Source: Longimicrobiales bacterium
Lineage (GTDB): Bacteria > Gemmatimonadota > Gemmatimonadetes > Longimicrobiales > RSA9
DNA length: 24,456 bases
NCBI GenBank assembly: GCA_035715725.1
Contig: DASTKT010000043.1
Span: forward strand, 1-24,456
Direction of reading: 5' to 3'
Part shown: positions 1 to 8,317 of the stretch, piece after piece
Numbering within the stretch: the first letter of the stretch is position 1
Layout of the letters: each line of letters opens with the position of its first letter
Position numbers and translations under genes: made by a program
The notes under the pieces: generated by a model
The model's input: only the letters and a program-made list of their open reading frames with translations
Databases searched by the model: none
Told to the model about the DNA's origin: nothing

Positions 1-89
1 CCGGCCGGCCCGGCGCCCCCCGCCCGCCTCAGGCGGATCAGCCGCGAAGGGGTGGGCGGAGGCGCGCGGGTGGGCCGGGACGAGAACGG

Positions 90-135
90 AAATCTTCACC
101 GCAGAGCACGGAGGGCACGGAGGAACACGGAGGAT
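90..135 (+). repeat. TTCACCGCAGAG anchor followed by three tandem CACGGAGG units (107-114, 116-123, 126-133): a member of the TTTTCACCGCAGAG/CRCRGAGG module family
   Basis: tcTTCACCGCAGAGCACGGAGGgCACGGAGGaaCACGGAGGat. Compare the plus strand at 22854-22884: TTTTCACCGCAGAGGCGCAGAGCACACGGAGAACGG. Confidence 0.55.
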
Positions 136-244
136 CACCGGGCACCGGAGACTCGCCGGCGTGACGCACCCTCTCTTGATGTCATTCTCCGGCGTACGCC
201 GGCGCCCGGCGTGGGGCCGGTGCGCTGCGGCCGTACCGCTGTGG

Positions 245-325
245 CCTCTGTGCCTCTCTGGTGTGCTTTTAATGGACGTGAGGCCGCGCGAACGTGAGGC
301 CGGACTCGCACTCCGCGCCGGCGGC
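245..325 (-). repeat. Copy of the GGCCTCACGT direct-repeat block (paired 12-mers at 275-286 and 292-303 on the plus strand as GACGTGAGGCC), followed on the minus strand by a degenerate CACACCAGAGAGGCACAGAGG tail. It lies 3' of the VOC gene.
   Basis: See the alignment under 20137-20230. Confidence 0.6.
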
Positions 326-351
326 ACTGCGCCCGGTCTCGACGTCCCGCG

Positions 352-1239
352 TCAGACCAGCCGCACCGCCGTCCCCCACGGGTCCTCGGCGCGGAACCCC
401 TCCGCCGTCCGGGCGACGGGGTAGCCCGCAGCCTCCAGGCTCGCGGCCGCCGCCTCGGCGTCCGCGCGCGACGGCAACACCACCTCCCAGTCCAGCAGCC
501 GCGCATCCTCCTCGCCCGCCGCCGGCGCGCCCGCCGCCCACGTGTTCAGCCCCAGGTGATGGTGGTAGCCGCCCGCCGACAGGAACAGCGCGCCCGGATA
601 GCTCCACACCACCGCGTCCAGCCCGAGCGCGGCGTGGTAGAAGGCCGCGGCCGCCTCCAGCTCGCCGACGTGCAGGTGCACGTGGCCCATCGTCGTGCCG
701 GGCGGCATCCCCGTCCAGCGCTCGCCGCGCCCCGCGGCCAGCACGCCCTCGGCGTCCAGCGGCCGCGTGTCCATGGCGAGCTGCCCGCCCTGCCAGCGCC
801 ACGCGCTCCGCGGCCGATCCGCGTACACCTCGATCCCCAGCCCGTCCGGGTCCCGCAGGTACAGCGCCTCGCTCACGAGGTGATCCGACATCCCGGCGTA
901 CACGCCCGCCCGCTGCAGGTGCGCCAGGAACCGGCCGAGCGCCGCCCGGTCCGGGAGCAGGATCGCGAAATGGTACAGCCCGAGCCGGCCGCGCTGCGGC
1001 ACCGGCCGCGCACCCCGCCGCTCCCGCAGCTCGACCAGCGCCTCTCCGGACTCCGAGCCGAGCACGACCCGGCCCTCATCCCGCTCCAGCTCCCGCAGCC
1101 CCAGCACCTCCCCGTAGTACCGGCGCGACCGCTCCAGCTCCGCGATCTGCAGCCGCACCCGCCCCAGCCGGACCTCCGCCGGCAGCCGGTACACCGGCGG
1201 CGCGATGCCGCGCTCCCCGATCGCCTCGTTCCCCCCCAT
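352..1239 (-). CDS. Two-domain VOC (glyoxalase/bleomycin-resistance/extradiol dioxygenase) family protein, catechol-2,3-dioxygenase-like (CatE-like). Start moved to the internal ATG at 1239 (MGGNEAIG...).
   Basis: Translation shows two tandem VOC modules with His-containing motifs (GHVHLHV, YHHHLGLN). ATG 1239 is preceded by GAGGAGG 6 nt upstream on the minus strand. It lies 37 bp downstream of the DoxX gene on the same strand. Confidence 0.7.
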   Translation of the reverse strand: MGGNEAIGERGIAPPVYRLPAEVRLGRVRLQIAELERSRRYYGEVLGLRELERDEGRVVLGSESGEALVELRERRGARPVPQRGRLGLYHFAILLPDRAALGRFLAHLQRAGVYAGMSDHLVSEALYLRDPDGLGIEVYADRPRSAWRWQGGQLAMDTRPLDAEGVLAAGRGERWTGMPPGTTMGHVHLHVGELEAAAAFYHAALGLDAVVWSYPGALFLSAGGYHHHLGLNTWAAGAPAAGEEDARLLDWEVVLPSRADAEAAAASLEAAGYPVARTAEGFRAEDPWGTAVRLV

Positions 1240-1276
1240 CGCTCGCCTCCTCGCCCGCCGCCGCGGCGGCGCCGGC

Positions 1277-1717
1277 TCACACGGTGACGTGGTCCCGACC
1301 GACGCGCGCATCCAGCGAATACGCCCCCGCCCCCGCCAGCGTCAGCGCGAGCAGGCTCGCCAGCAGCACCAGCGGGAACTCGACGCCCATCCCGCCGAAG
1401 AAGCCGTACTTCATGTGCACCAGCAGGATCGCTCCCACCATGTCGATCGCCAGCAACGGCGCCACCAGCCGCGTCAGCGCCCCCAGGATCAGCGCGAGCC
1501 CGCCGAGTGACTCCAGCGCCGTGACCAGCACGCTCGTCACCTCCGGCATCGGCGCCCCGACCTTCGTGAAGAACGCCGCCGTGCCGCCCAGCCCGAACTC
1601 GAACAGCTTCTGTGCGCCGTGCGCCACGAAGATCCCGCCGATCACGACGCGCAGCAGCAGCAGCGCGGCATCGGTCCGCCGGTCGTCCGCCGAAGTCCCA
1701 AGCTCCACCGGAACCAT
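1277..1717 (-). CDS. DoxX family membrane protein (CatD/MhqP-like)
   Basis: The C-terminal 146 aa of ORF 1277..2425 (MVPVELG...LLLLRVVIGGIFVAHGAQKLFEFG...) is a typical multi-TM DoxX. The ATG at 1717 is an internal Met. The upstream part of that ORF is low-complexity G/A/R junk that overlaps the MarR gene in another frame. Confidence 0.8.
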   Translation of the reverse strand: MVPVELGTSADDRRTDAALLLLRVVIGGIFVAHGAQKLFEFGLGGTAAFFTKVGAPMPEVTSVLVTALESLGGLALILGALTRLVAPLLAIDMVGAILLVHMKYGFFGGMGVEFPLVLLASLLALTLAGAGAYSLDARVGRDHVTV

Positions 1718-1794
1718 CCTTTCCCCACCCCGTCGGCTCGTCGTCTCGACGAATACCGCCGCAGGCGACGCGCCGCGCGCAAGCCGCGCCGCCG

Positions 1795-2262
1795 TTACGG
1801 CGACGGCGGCGTCGCCTCCTCCAGAAGCTGCAGCAGCGCCGCCAGCTTCTCCTCCCCCAGGTGCCCGAGCTGCCGCCGGTGCAACGCCGCGAACGGCGCG
1901 TCCAGATCCGCCAGGACCGCCAGCCCCTGGTCCGTGATCCGCGCCATCACCACCCGCCGATCCTCCGCGCTCCGGCCGCGCGCCACCAGCCCCTGCCGCT
2001 CCAGCCGGTCCAGCAGCCGCGTCATGTCCGGGTCCCGCGCGATCAGCCGCCCCGCGATCTCGCCGCACGCCAGCCCCGCGTCCCCCGCCCCACGCAGGAT
2101 TCGCAGCACGTTGTACTGCGCGGCGGAGAGCCCCGAAGGCTTCAGCAGCTCCGCCACCCCCTGCGAGAGCTCGCTGGCCAGCCGCTGGAGCGCGAGAAAC
2201 ACCGCGTGCTCCGGTCCGGAGAACGGTTTCTTCTGCTTGATGGCCGTCGCGATCCGGGTCAT
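1795..2262 (-). CDS. MarR family transcriptional regulator; start ambiguous between ATG 2262 (SD-supported) and ATG 2280 (near-leaderless)
   Basis: Winged-helix MarR core (AQYNVLRILRGAGDAGLACGEIAGRLIARDPDMTRLLDRLERQGLV). ATG 2262 is preceded by GGAGG with a 6-nt spacer. The ORF-track start at 2307 is a TTG. Confidence 0.75.
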   Translation of the reverse strand: MTRIATAIKQKKPFSGPEHAVFLALQRLASELSQGVAELLKPSGLSAAQYNVLRILRGAGDAGLACGEIAGRLIARDPDMTRLLDRLERQGLVARGRSAEDRRVVMARITDQGLAVLADLDAPFAALHRRQLGHLGEEKLAALLQLLEEATPPSP

Positions 2263-2291
2263 GCGTCGCCTCCGGGTCATGGTCCGCAGGA

Positions 2292-2320
2292 AGGATATTC
2301 GTTTCAACGAGCATTGTCAA
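2292..2320 (-). promoter_or_regulatory. Sigma70-like promoter for the MarR-DoxX-VOC operon: TTGACA -35 (rc at 2315-2320), 17-bp spacer, TATCCT -10 (rc at 2292-2297). Overlapped by direct repeats TCAACGAG (2304-2311, 2317-2324), a candidate MarR operator.
   Basis: Read directly on the minus strand: cTCGTTGACAatgctcgttgaaacgaaTATCCTtcctgcggaccATG. The -35 is a perfect consensus. The -10 lies 11 nt from ATG 2280. Confidence 0.5.
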
Positions 2321-2596
2321 CGAGGCGGACATCCAGCCGCGCGGCACCCCGATTTTCGCGCCTTGACAAAGGCTTTGGCGGAGTTGAACACTGGTGCGCC
2401 CGTTCCGCGGCGGGCGGCCTTCCACTCACACTCCGATCCGAGCCTGCAGCGACCCCGAGGAGGGGTCTGGCTCTCACCCGACGCGACCCCCACTCGCGGA
2501 GCGTCCCCGTGCATCGTGGCGGGGCGGTGCGGGGGGACGGGCGTGCCGCGCGGAACGGCTGCGGTCCATTTCGGCATCACACCCAGGAGGCACTCG

Positions 2597-5587
2597 ATGA
2601 GACCGACGAGGTACGTCCTGCCGACCTGCATCGGCCTGGCGCTGAGCCTGGGCGGGGCGGGTGGCCTGGCGGGACAGAGCACCGGGACGGTGCGGGGCAG
2701 GGTGATGGAGGCGGGCTCGGAGCGGCCGCTGGCGGGGGCGCAGGTCTTCATTCCGGGGACGTCGCGAGGCGCGCTGACGAATGCGTCGGGGGAATATGTG
2801 CTCTCCAACGTGACGCCGGGGACGCAGCGGGTGCGGGCGGAGATGCTGGGGTACACGACGGCGGAGCAGCCGGCGTCGGTGGCGGCGGGGCAGGCGGCGA
2901 CGCTGGATTTCCGGCTGTCGCAGAGCGCGGTGAACCTGTCGGAGCTGGTGGTGACGGGGACGCCGGGTGCGGTGCAGAGGAAGTCGCTGGGGAACACGGT
3001 CACGACGGTGAACGTGGCCGAGGTGACGCAGAAGGTGGCGAACCAGAGCGTCGCGGAGCTGCTGCAGTCGAAGGCGCCCGGGGTGACGATCTCGGGCGGC
3101 TCGGGTGAGGCGGGGACGGCGAACAGCATCAAGATCCGGGGCGTGACGTCGCTGACGGCGGGGAACCAGCCGGCGGTGTACGTGGACGGCGTGAAGGTCT
3201 TCAACGGCAGCCTGGGCAACTTCGCGCCGAACTGCTGCTCGGACCAGACGACGTCGCAGCGGACGGACGCGCTGGGCGGGATCACGCCGGAGGACATCGA
3301 GTCGATCGAGGTGGTGAAGGGCCCGGCGGCGGCGACGCTGTACGGCGCGGACGCGGCGGCGGGCGTGATCCAGATCATCACGAAGAAGGGGCGGCCGGGG
3401 CAGCAGAAGCTGCAGTGGGAGGCGAAGGTGCAGGCCGGGACGAGCAGCTGGGGCGCCGACCAGCCGGTGAACTACACGCTGTGCGATGCGGCGAAGATCG
3501 CGGCGAAGAACGCGGCGGGCGCGTTCCTCTGGCCGGGGTGCCAGGGCGTCGCTCCGGGGACGTTCATCAGCCAGAACGTGCTGACGTACGACCCGCGGGA
3601 GATCCGGGATGGCGCGCTGCGCAACTACGCGCTCTCCGTGCGCGGCGGCGGCGAGGCGTACTCGTTCTACCTGGCCGGCAACGTGGACGACGAGGACGGC
3701 GTCTTCTACAACAACTTCTCGAACCGGCGCTCGGCGCGGGCGAACTTCGCGTTCAACCCGATGCCGCAGCTCGACTTCAACGTCAACTTCGGCTACTCGC
3801 AGCAGCACATCCGGCTGCCGAAGAACGACAACGACGCGAACGGCATCATGTTCAACTCGATGCTGTTCAAGCCGGGCGCGCTGAACCCGTGGGGGAACGC
3901 GCTCCAGCCGGACACCGCGAACCTGTACGACAACCAGACGCGGGCCAGCAGCCTGATCCTGGGCGGGACGGCGAACTACCGGCCGTTCCCGTGGTTCAAG
4001 AACCGCCTGACCGTCGGGTACAACCAGACGGTGTCGCAGGCGGACATCTTCTACGCGCCGGGACAGATGGCGGTGCGGCTGGCGGCGGACCCGACGGGCT
4101 ACGTCGCGCAGCGGATCCCGCAGCAGCGGATCTACACGCTCGACTACGCCGGCACGATCTCGACGCCGGTCACGTCGACGATCAACTCCGACTTCTCGCT
4201 CGGCATGCAGTTCATCGCGAACCGCGGGCACTACCTGTACGCGGATGGGACGGGGCTGTCGAGCCCGTTCACGCGGCTGGTGAGCGCGGCGGCGAAGACG
4301 ACGGGGTCGGAGGCGGACTCGGCGGCGAACTCGCTCGGCTTCTTCGGCCAGGAGCAGGTCGGCTTCAGCGACCGGCTGTTCCTGACCGCCGGCGTGCGCA
4401 TGGACAACAGCTCGGTCTTCGGCGACCGGATCAACCGCATCTTCTACCCGAAGATCTCGGCGTCGTACGTCGTCTCGCAGGAGCCGTGGTTCCACCTCGG
4501 CCACGTCGACAACCTGCGCCTGCGCGCCGCGTGGGGGCAGGCCGGCAAGGCGCCGGGCGTCTACGCGGCGACGCGGACCTACTCCGCGTCCGTCGTGACG
4601 CTCGCCAACCACACCTCCGCGCCGGCGGTCATCGACTCGGTCTACGGCAACCCGGACCTGAAGCCGGAGCGGGGCGAGGAGATCGAGGCCGGATTCGACG
4701 CCTCGCTCTTCAACAACCGCGCGGGCGTCGAGTTCACCTACTACAACAAGCACATGCGGAACGGGCTGCTGCGGGTCGACGTGCCGCCCTCGTCCGGCTT
4801 CTCCGGCACGTACCTGCAGAACCTGGCGGAGATCGCGAACCACGGGCTCGAGATCTCGCTCACCGGCACGCCGATCCAGCGCCGCAACCTCTCCTGGGAC
4901 GCGCGCCTCAACCTCGCCACGAACTCCAACAAGCTCGTGAAGTTCGGCGTGGTCCGCCCGCCCATCATCTCCGCGACCTACGCGCCCTCGCAGCGCGTGC
5001 AGGAAGGCTTCCCGGTCTACGGCTTCTGGCGCGTCGACCCGAAGAAGGATGCCAGCGGCAACGTCGTCCTGGTGAACGGCCTGCCGCAGCGCGGCGACTC
5101 CGTCTACGTCGGCCCCTCGCAGCCCACGCGCGAGGCGTTCTTCTCGAGCACGCTCACGATCCTGCGGAACCTGACCGTGTTCGGGCTGCTCGACTACAAG
5201 GGCGGCTTCTACCAGTTCAACGTGCGCGACTGGCGGCGCGCCCGCGCGTTCCTCACGAAGGACGTGCTCGACCCGGGCGCGGACAAGACCCAGGTCGCGC
5301 TCTGGACCAGCACGTTCATCACGACGGATTGGATCCAGCCGGCGGACTTCATCAAGTTCCGCGAGCTCTCGCTCACGTACTCGCTGCCGACCGCCCTCGC
5401 CCAGCAGATCCACGCCGACCGCGCGAGCCTCACGCTCGCCGCGCACAACCTCGGCATCCTCTGGACCCGCTACGGCGGCCTCGACCCCGAGGCGAACTTC
5501 AACGGCGCCGAGGACTTCATCCGCAACGACGCCTGGACCGTCCCGCAGCAGCGCCGCCTGACGGCGTCGCTCAACGTGAGCTTCTGA
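2597..5587 (+). CDS. SusC/RagA-family TonB-dependent outer-membrane receptor with an N-terminal carboxypeptidase-regulatory-like domain
   Basis: ATG 2597 is preceded by AGGAGG with a 6-nt spacer. The translation has a signal peptide, a CarboxypepD_reg-like segment (GTVRGRVMEAGSERPLAGAQVFIPGTSRGALTNASGEYVL) and the SusC/RagA plug signature ITPEDIESIEVVKGPAAATLYGADAAAGVIQIITKKG. The C-terminal residue is Phe. The upstream part of ORF 1619..5587 is antisense to the MarR/DoxX genes. Confidence 0.9.
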   Translation: MRPTRYVLPTCIGLALSLGGAGGLAGQSTGTVRGRVMEAGSERPLAGAQVFIPGTSRGALTNASGEYVLSNVTPGTQRVRAEMLGYTTAEQPASVAAGQAATLDFRLSQSAVNLSELVVTGTPGAVQRKSLGNTVTTVNVAEVTQKVANQSVAELLQSKAPGVTISGGSGEAGTANSIKIRGVTSLTAGNQPAVYVDGVKVFNGSLGNFAPNCCSDQTTSQRTDALGGITPEDIESIEVVKGPAAATLYGADAAAGVIQIITKKGRPGQQKLQWEAKVQAGTSSWGADQPVNYTLCDAAKIAAKNAAGAFLWPGCQGVAPGTFISQNVLTYDPREIRDGALRNYALSVRGGGEAYSFYLAGNVDDEDGVFYNNFSNRRSARANFAFNPMPQLDFNVNFGYSQQHIRLPKNDNDANGIMFNSMLFKPGALNPWGNALQPDTANLYDNQTRASSLILGGTANYRPFPWFKNRLTVGYNQTVSQADIFYAPGQMAVRLAADPTGYVAQRIPQQRIYTLDYAGTISTPVTSTINSDFSLGMQFIANRGHYLYADGTGLSSPFTRLVSAAAKTTGSEADSAANSLGFFGQEQVGFSDRLFLTAGVRMDNSSVFGDRINRIFYPKISASYVVSQEPWFHLGHVDNLRLRAAWGQAGKAPGVYAATRTYSASVVTLANHTSAPAVIDSVYGNPDLKPERGEEIEAGFDASLFNNRAGVEFTYYNKHMRNGLLRVDVPPSSGFSGTYLQNLAEIANHGLEISLTGTPIQRRNLSWDARLNLATNSNKLVKFGVVRPPIISATYAPSQRVQEGFPVYGFWRVDPKKDASGNVVLVNGLPQRGDSVYVGPSQPTREAFFSSTLTILRNLTVFGLLDYKGGFYQFNVRDWRRARAFLTKDVLDPGADKTQVALWTSTFITTDWIQPADFIKFRELSLTYSLPTALAQQIHADRASLTLAAHNLGILWTRYGGLDPEANFNGAEDFIRNDAWTVPQQRRLTASLNVSF

Positions 5588-5622
5588 CCGTGCGAAACCG
5601 AACCGTGACGAGGATCGAGCCT

Positions 5623-6921
5623 ATGCGTACAGCCAGGCGCGGCCGGGCGGCCGGAATCGCCGCCATGTTCGCCGCCGCAATCGCGCTCGGGGCGTGCAGC
5701 AACCTGCTGGACGTCGAGAACCCCGGCGCCATCGTCGAGGACAACCTCAAGGACCCGCAGGTCATCCCCGGGCTGGTCAACGGCGCCGTCGCCGAGTTCC
5801 AGCGCGCCTTCGACGGCGTCGCCTTCTACGGCGGCATCTTCACCGACGAGCTGAACGACTACCAGGTCTTCTTCGAGGACCGCCCGATCGACCTGCGCGA
5901 CGTCACCCCCTCCAACGGGCTGCTCAACTCGTACGTCTACACGCCGCTGCAGCGCGCCCGCGCCGCCGGCGACCACAACGCCGACCGGCTGAAGAGCCTC
6001 CTCGGCGACAAGGCGAGCTCCAGCCTGGACGTGGCCCGCCTGCTCGACTACGCCGGCTACAGCTACCTCCTCCTCGCCGAGACGTACTGCCAGGCGCCGA
6101 TCGACGTCGGCAAGGCGCAGTCGCCCGACGACCTCTTCAAGGCCGCGATCGACCGCTTCAACCAGGCGATCACGATCGCCGCCGCGGCCAGGGCCGCCGG
6201 CGCCAGCGCCGCGTCCGCGGACTCCCTCACCAGCCTCGCCCACGTCGGCGCGGCCCGCGCGGCCCTCGACCGCAACGACAAGGCGACGGCGCTCACGCAC
6301 GCCCAGGCCGTGCCCGCCGCCTTCCAGTTCTGGGTCACGCACTCCGACAACTCGCTCCGCGAGAACAACCTCATCTACGACGCGACGAGGACCGGGAACA
6401 ACTACGCGAGCGTCGACCCCGCGTTCCTCAACCTGAACGACCCGCGCGTGCCGACCGACACGAAGCCGTCTGCCGTCGCATTCAACGTCAGCTTCTTCGC
6501 CTGGATCCCGTACCAGCCCTCCTCCTACGAGAAGTGGAACGGCCAGCTCACGCCGCTCGAGAAGGCCACGTCGATCCGCTTCGCCTCCGGCCTCGAGGCG
6601 CAGTACATCGCCGCCGAGGCGCAGGGCCCGACCGCCGCGACACTGGCGTTCGTCAACGCCCGCCGCACCGTCGGCAAGCAGGCCCCCGTCACCCTCACCG
6701 GCGATGCGCTCATGGCCGAGCTGCGCGATCAGCGCCGCCGCGAGTTCTTCCTCGCCGGCTACCGCATGGGCGACCTGCGCCGCTACAAGCAGTTCTACGC
6801 CGTCGACCAGTTCCCGACCGGCGTGTGGCCCGGCGACCAGAAGTCCGTCTACTCCACCACCGCCACCTGCTTCCCGATCCCGCAGTCCGAGCTGAACGGG
6901 AATCCGAACCTCGGGAGCTGA
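5623..6921 (+). CDS. SusD/RagB-like outer-membrane lipoprotein, cognate partner of the upstream SusC-like receptor
   Basis: It starts 35 bp after the SusC stop and has a lipoprotein signal with lipobox (AAIALGAC). Its size (432 aa), alpha-helical composition and position directly 3' of the SusC-like gene fit the family. ATG 5623 lies within the longer frame of ORF 3415..6921. Confidence 0.7.
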   Translation: MRTARRGRAAGIAAMFAAAIALGACSNLLDVENPGAIVEDNLKDPQVIPGLVNGAVAEFQRAFDGVAFYGGIFTDELNDYQVFFEDRPIDLRDVTPSNGLLNSYVYTPLQRARAAGDHNADRLKSLLGDKASSSLDVARLLDYAGYSYLLLAETYCQAPIDVGKAQSPDDLFKAAIDRFNQAITIAAAARAAGASAASADSLTSLAHVGAARAALDRNDKATALTHAQAVPAAFQFWVTHSDNSLRENNLIYDATRTGNNYASVDPAFLNLNDPRVPTDTKPSAVAFNVSFFAWIPYQPSSYEKWNGQLTPLEKATSIRFASGLEAQYIAAEAQGPTAATLAFVNARRTVGKQAPVTLTGDALMAELRDQRRREFFLAGYRMGDLRRYKQFYAVDQFPTGVWPGDQKSVYSTTATCFPIPQSELNGNPNLGS

Positions 6922-6947
6922 AGCCTCCCCTTCCGCTTCACCGCACG

Positions 6948-6975
6948 GGCCCGGCGCGCTCCAGCGCCGGGCCCG
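6948..6975 (+). terminator. GC-rich hairpin (11-bp perfect stem GGGCCCGGCGC / GCGCCGGGCCC, 6-nt loop) 27 bp after the SusD stop. No U-tract follows.
   Basis: Seen directly in the sequence. U-less GC hairpins are common terminators in high-GC genomes, which is inference. Confidence 0.5.
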
Positions 6976-7360
6976 TCGCAGCGGCGGCGCAGCCGCCGCC
7001 CCTCCTGCTCCCGCTCTCCCCGCGACTCCTGTTCCTGCTCGTGTCCCTCGAATCTCCCGCCTCGACGCTCGGCGCGCGGCCCGGGTGGCGCATCACCCGC
7101 CACCCTTCCGCGCACTGCCCCCTCGACCCGCCATCGGAGGCCTCCCCATCGCTCCACCCATCCGCATCCTCGGATTCGGCGGATCCCACTCTCCGGCCAC
7201 CGCCACGATCGTATCCGGCACCGTTATGATCGTATCACACGCCGTCACGACCCTGGCGGAGCCTGCAGGGGGGCCCCCGCAGCCGCCCCGTCGGCGATAC
7301 GCGTGAAAGCTCCTCACCGTCGGGGCGGCGCGCCGCGGCGCGCCGCCTCACTCGCTCCGC

Positions 7361-7490
7361 TCCTCTGGCTCTTGCTCGCCCTCTTGCTCTTGCTTCTCGA
7401 GACTCGGCGCTCCCGGCTCGACAGGTTTGAGCCGTGAGGTTCGAGGATGCGAGGGGCAAGAGCAAGAGCATGAGCAAGAGCATGAGACGC
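7361..7490. repeat. Long imperfect inverted repeat (arms about 7368-7399 and 7449-7480) built from tandem CTCTTGCTC units. It is preceded by a 24-bp GC palindrome at 7323-7346.
   Basis: The left arm gctcttgctcgccctcttgctcttgcttctcg matches the reverse complement of cgaggggcaagagcaagagcatgagcaagagc at 27 of 32 positions. It lies 3' of the MerR gene in a 613-bp non-coding interval. Confidence 0.6.
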
Positions 7491-7534
7491 CGGGGCACAC
7501 CCTTGCCGGGCCGCCTCGATCGCGCCCGGAACCA

Positions 7535-8257
7535 TCACCGCAGCGCCCGCAGCGCCCGCCCGATGTACTCCCACACCGCCGGATCGAACCCCGCCCGCTC
7601 CCGCACGGCCGGCTCGTTCCGGTACAGCTCCCGCACCCCCGCGGCCACGCCCGCGTCGCCGCCGGTGAACTCCTCGACCAGCCCCTTCCACCGGCGCGCG
7701 AGGGCGAGGACGGGCTCGCTCGTGGGGTCGGTCCCCTTCTCCATCTCCGCCTTCACCTCCGCGATCAGCACCGGCCACGCGGCCTCCACCTCCTTGATCC
7801 GCGCCGCGCCGACCCGCTCCCCCTGCTGGCGGATCCGCTCGAGCTGCTCCGCCGTGAAGTATTTCTCGTGCATCGCCATCTCCTCCATCGTCTCGAGGAA
7901 CTCCTCGGCGGACACGCTCCCGTCCGCCGTCAGCCGGGCCGCCATCCGCTCCAGCCGCCCGAGGAGCCGCGCCTTCAGCGCGATCTCCTCCCGCAGCCGC
8001 CCGACGTGCAGCCCGATCACCTCCCCCAGCGAGCCGCCCGGCCGGGCCAGGCACTCGCGGATCTCCTCCAGCGACAGCCCCAGCTCCCGCAACGACCGGA
8101 TCCGTTGCAGCCGCTCGATGTCCTCCGCCGCGTACAGCCGGTATCCCGCCGCCGTCCGCGCCGAGGGCGTCAAAAGCCCGATCTCGTCGTAATGGTGCAG
8201 CGTCCGCACGGTCAGCCCCGTCGCCTCCGCCAGCTCGCCGACCTTCCACACCCTCAT
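7535..8257 (-). CDS. MerR family transcriptional regulator with a TipAS-like C-terminal effector domain (TipAL-like)
   Basis: N-terminal MerR HTH (MRVWKVGELAEATGLTVRTLHHYDEIGLLTP...GYRLY). ATG 8257 is preceded by AAGGAGG with a 6-nt spacer. A promoter with 19-bp spacer lies upstream (next entry). Confidence 0.8.
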   Translation of the reverse strand: MRVWKVGELAEATGLTVRTLHHYDEIGLLTPSARTAAGYRLYAAEDIERLQRIRSLRELGLSLEEIRECLARPGGSLGEVIGLHVGRLREEIALKARLLGRLERMAARLTADGSVSAEEFLETMEEMAMHEKYFTAEQLERIRQQGERVGAARIKEVEAAWPVLIAEVKAEMEKGTDPTSEPVLALARRWKGLVEEFTGGDAGVAAGVRELYRNEPAVRERAGFDPAVWEYIGRALRALR

Positions 8258-8286
8258 TCGTCGCCTCCTTCCGGGCCCCGGCATGG

Positions 8287-8317
8287 ATGCTAAACCCCCA
8301 CGTAGCGTGAGGGTCAA
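8287..8317 (-). promoter_or_regulatory. MerR-type promoter: -35 TTGACC (rc at 8312-8317), 19-bp spacer holding the imperfect dyad ACCCTCACG-cta-CGTGGGGGT, and -10 TAGCAT (rc at 8287-8292). ATG is about 30 nt downstream.
   Basis: Read directly. The 19-bp spacer with a dyad centred between -35 and -10 is the hallmark architecture of MerR/TipA-family autoregulated promoters. Confidence 0.6.

Noticed and set aside
100-140. CACGGAGG units as ordinary Shine-Dalgarno sequences
   Set aside because: Three tandem copies with no downstream start codons lie in a non-coding 3' region. The same units are embedded in the repeat family elsewhere, so they are repeat units rather than ribosome-binding sites.
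1-351. Possible partial gene at the left edge (ORF 52..297 and others)
   Set aside because: The translations are Arg-rich with no motifs. The region is better explained as the repeat-bearing 3' intergenic region of the VOC gene. A gene extending beyond the window edge cannot be excluded.
294-1937. 547-aa plus-strand ORF, and similar long ORFs (1612..3108, 2317..3381, 2474..5446, 5470..6342, 5694..7229, 7314..8417, 8283..10349, 8533..10047, 10359..13220, 10591..13359, 16093..18336, 18660..20246, 19873..21294, 20325..21695, 21454..22938, 22974..24377, 23057..24388)
   Set aside because: Their translations are Pro/Arg/Ala/Gly-rich low-complexity strings with no domain signatures. They lie antisense to, or out of frame with, genes that have clear family motifs and RBS-supported starts. 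Long spurious ORFs are expected in DNA of about 70% GC.
1619-2596. N-terminal 326 codons of the 1322-aa ORF containing the SusC-like gene
   Set aside because: This part is antisense to the MarR and DoxX genes. The SusC-like protein has its signal peptide and an AGGAGG-supported ATG at 2597.
3415-5622. Upstream part of ORF 3415..6921 preceding the SusD-like start
   Set aside because: It is an out-of-frame overlap with the SusC-like coding sequence. The lipoprotein signal and the start at 5623 define the real gene.
7235-7498. ORFs translating to LLLMLLLLP or EQEQEHEQEHE over the CTCTTGCTC repeat region
   Set aside because: These are low-complexity translations of a tandem DNA repeat, with no start or RBS support.
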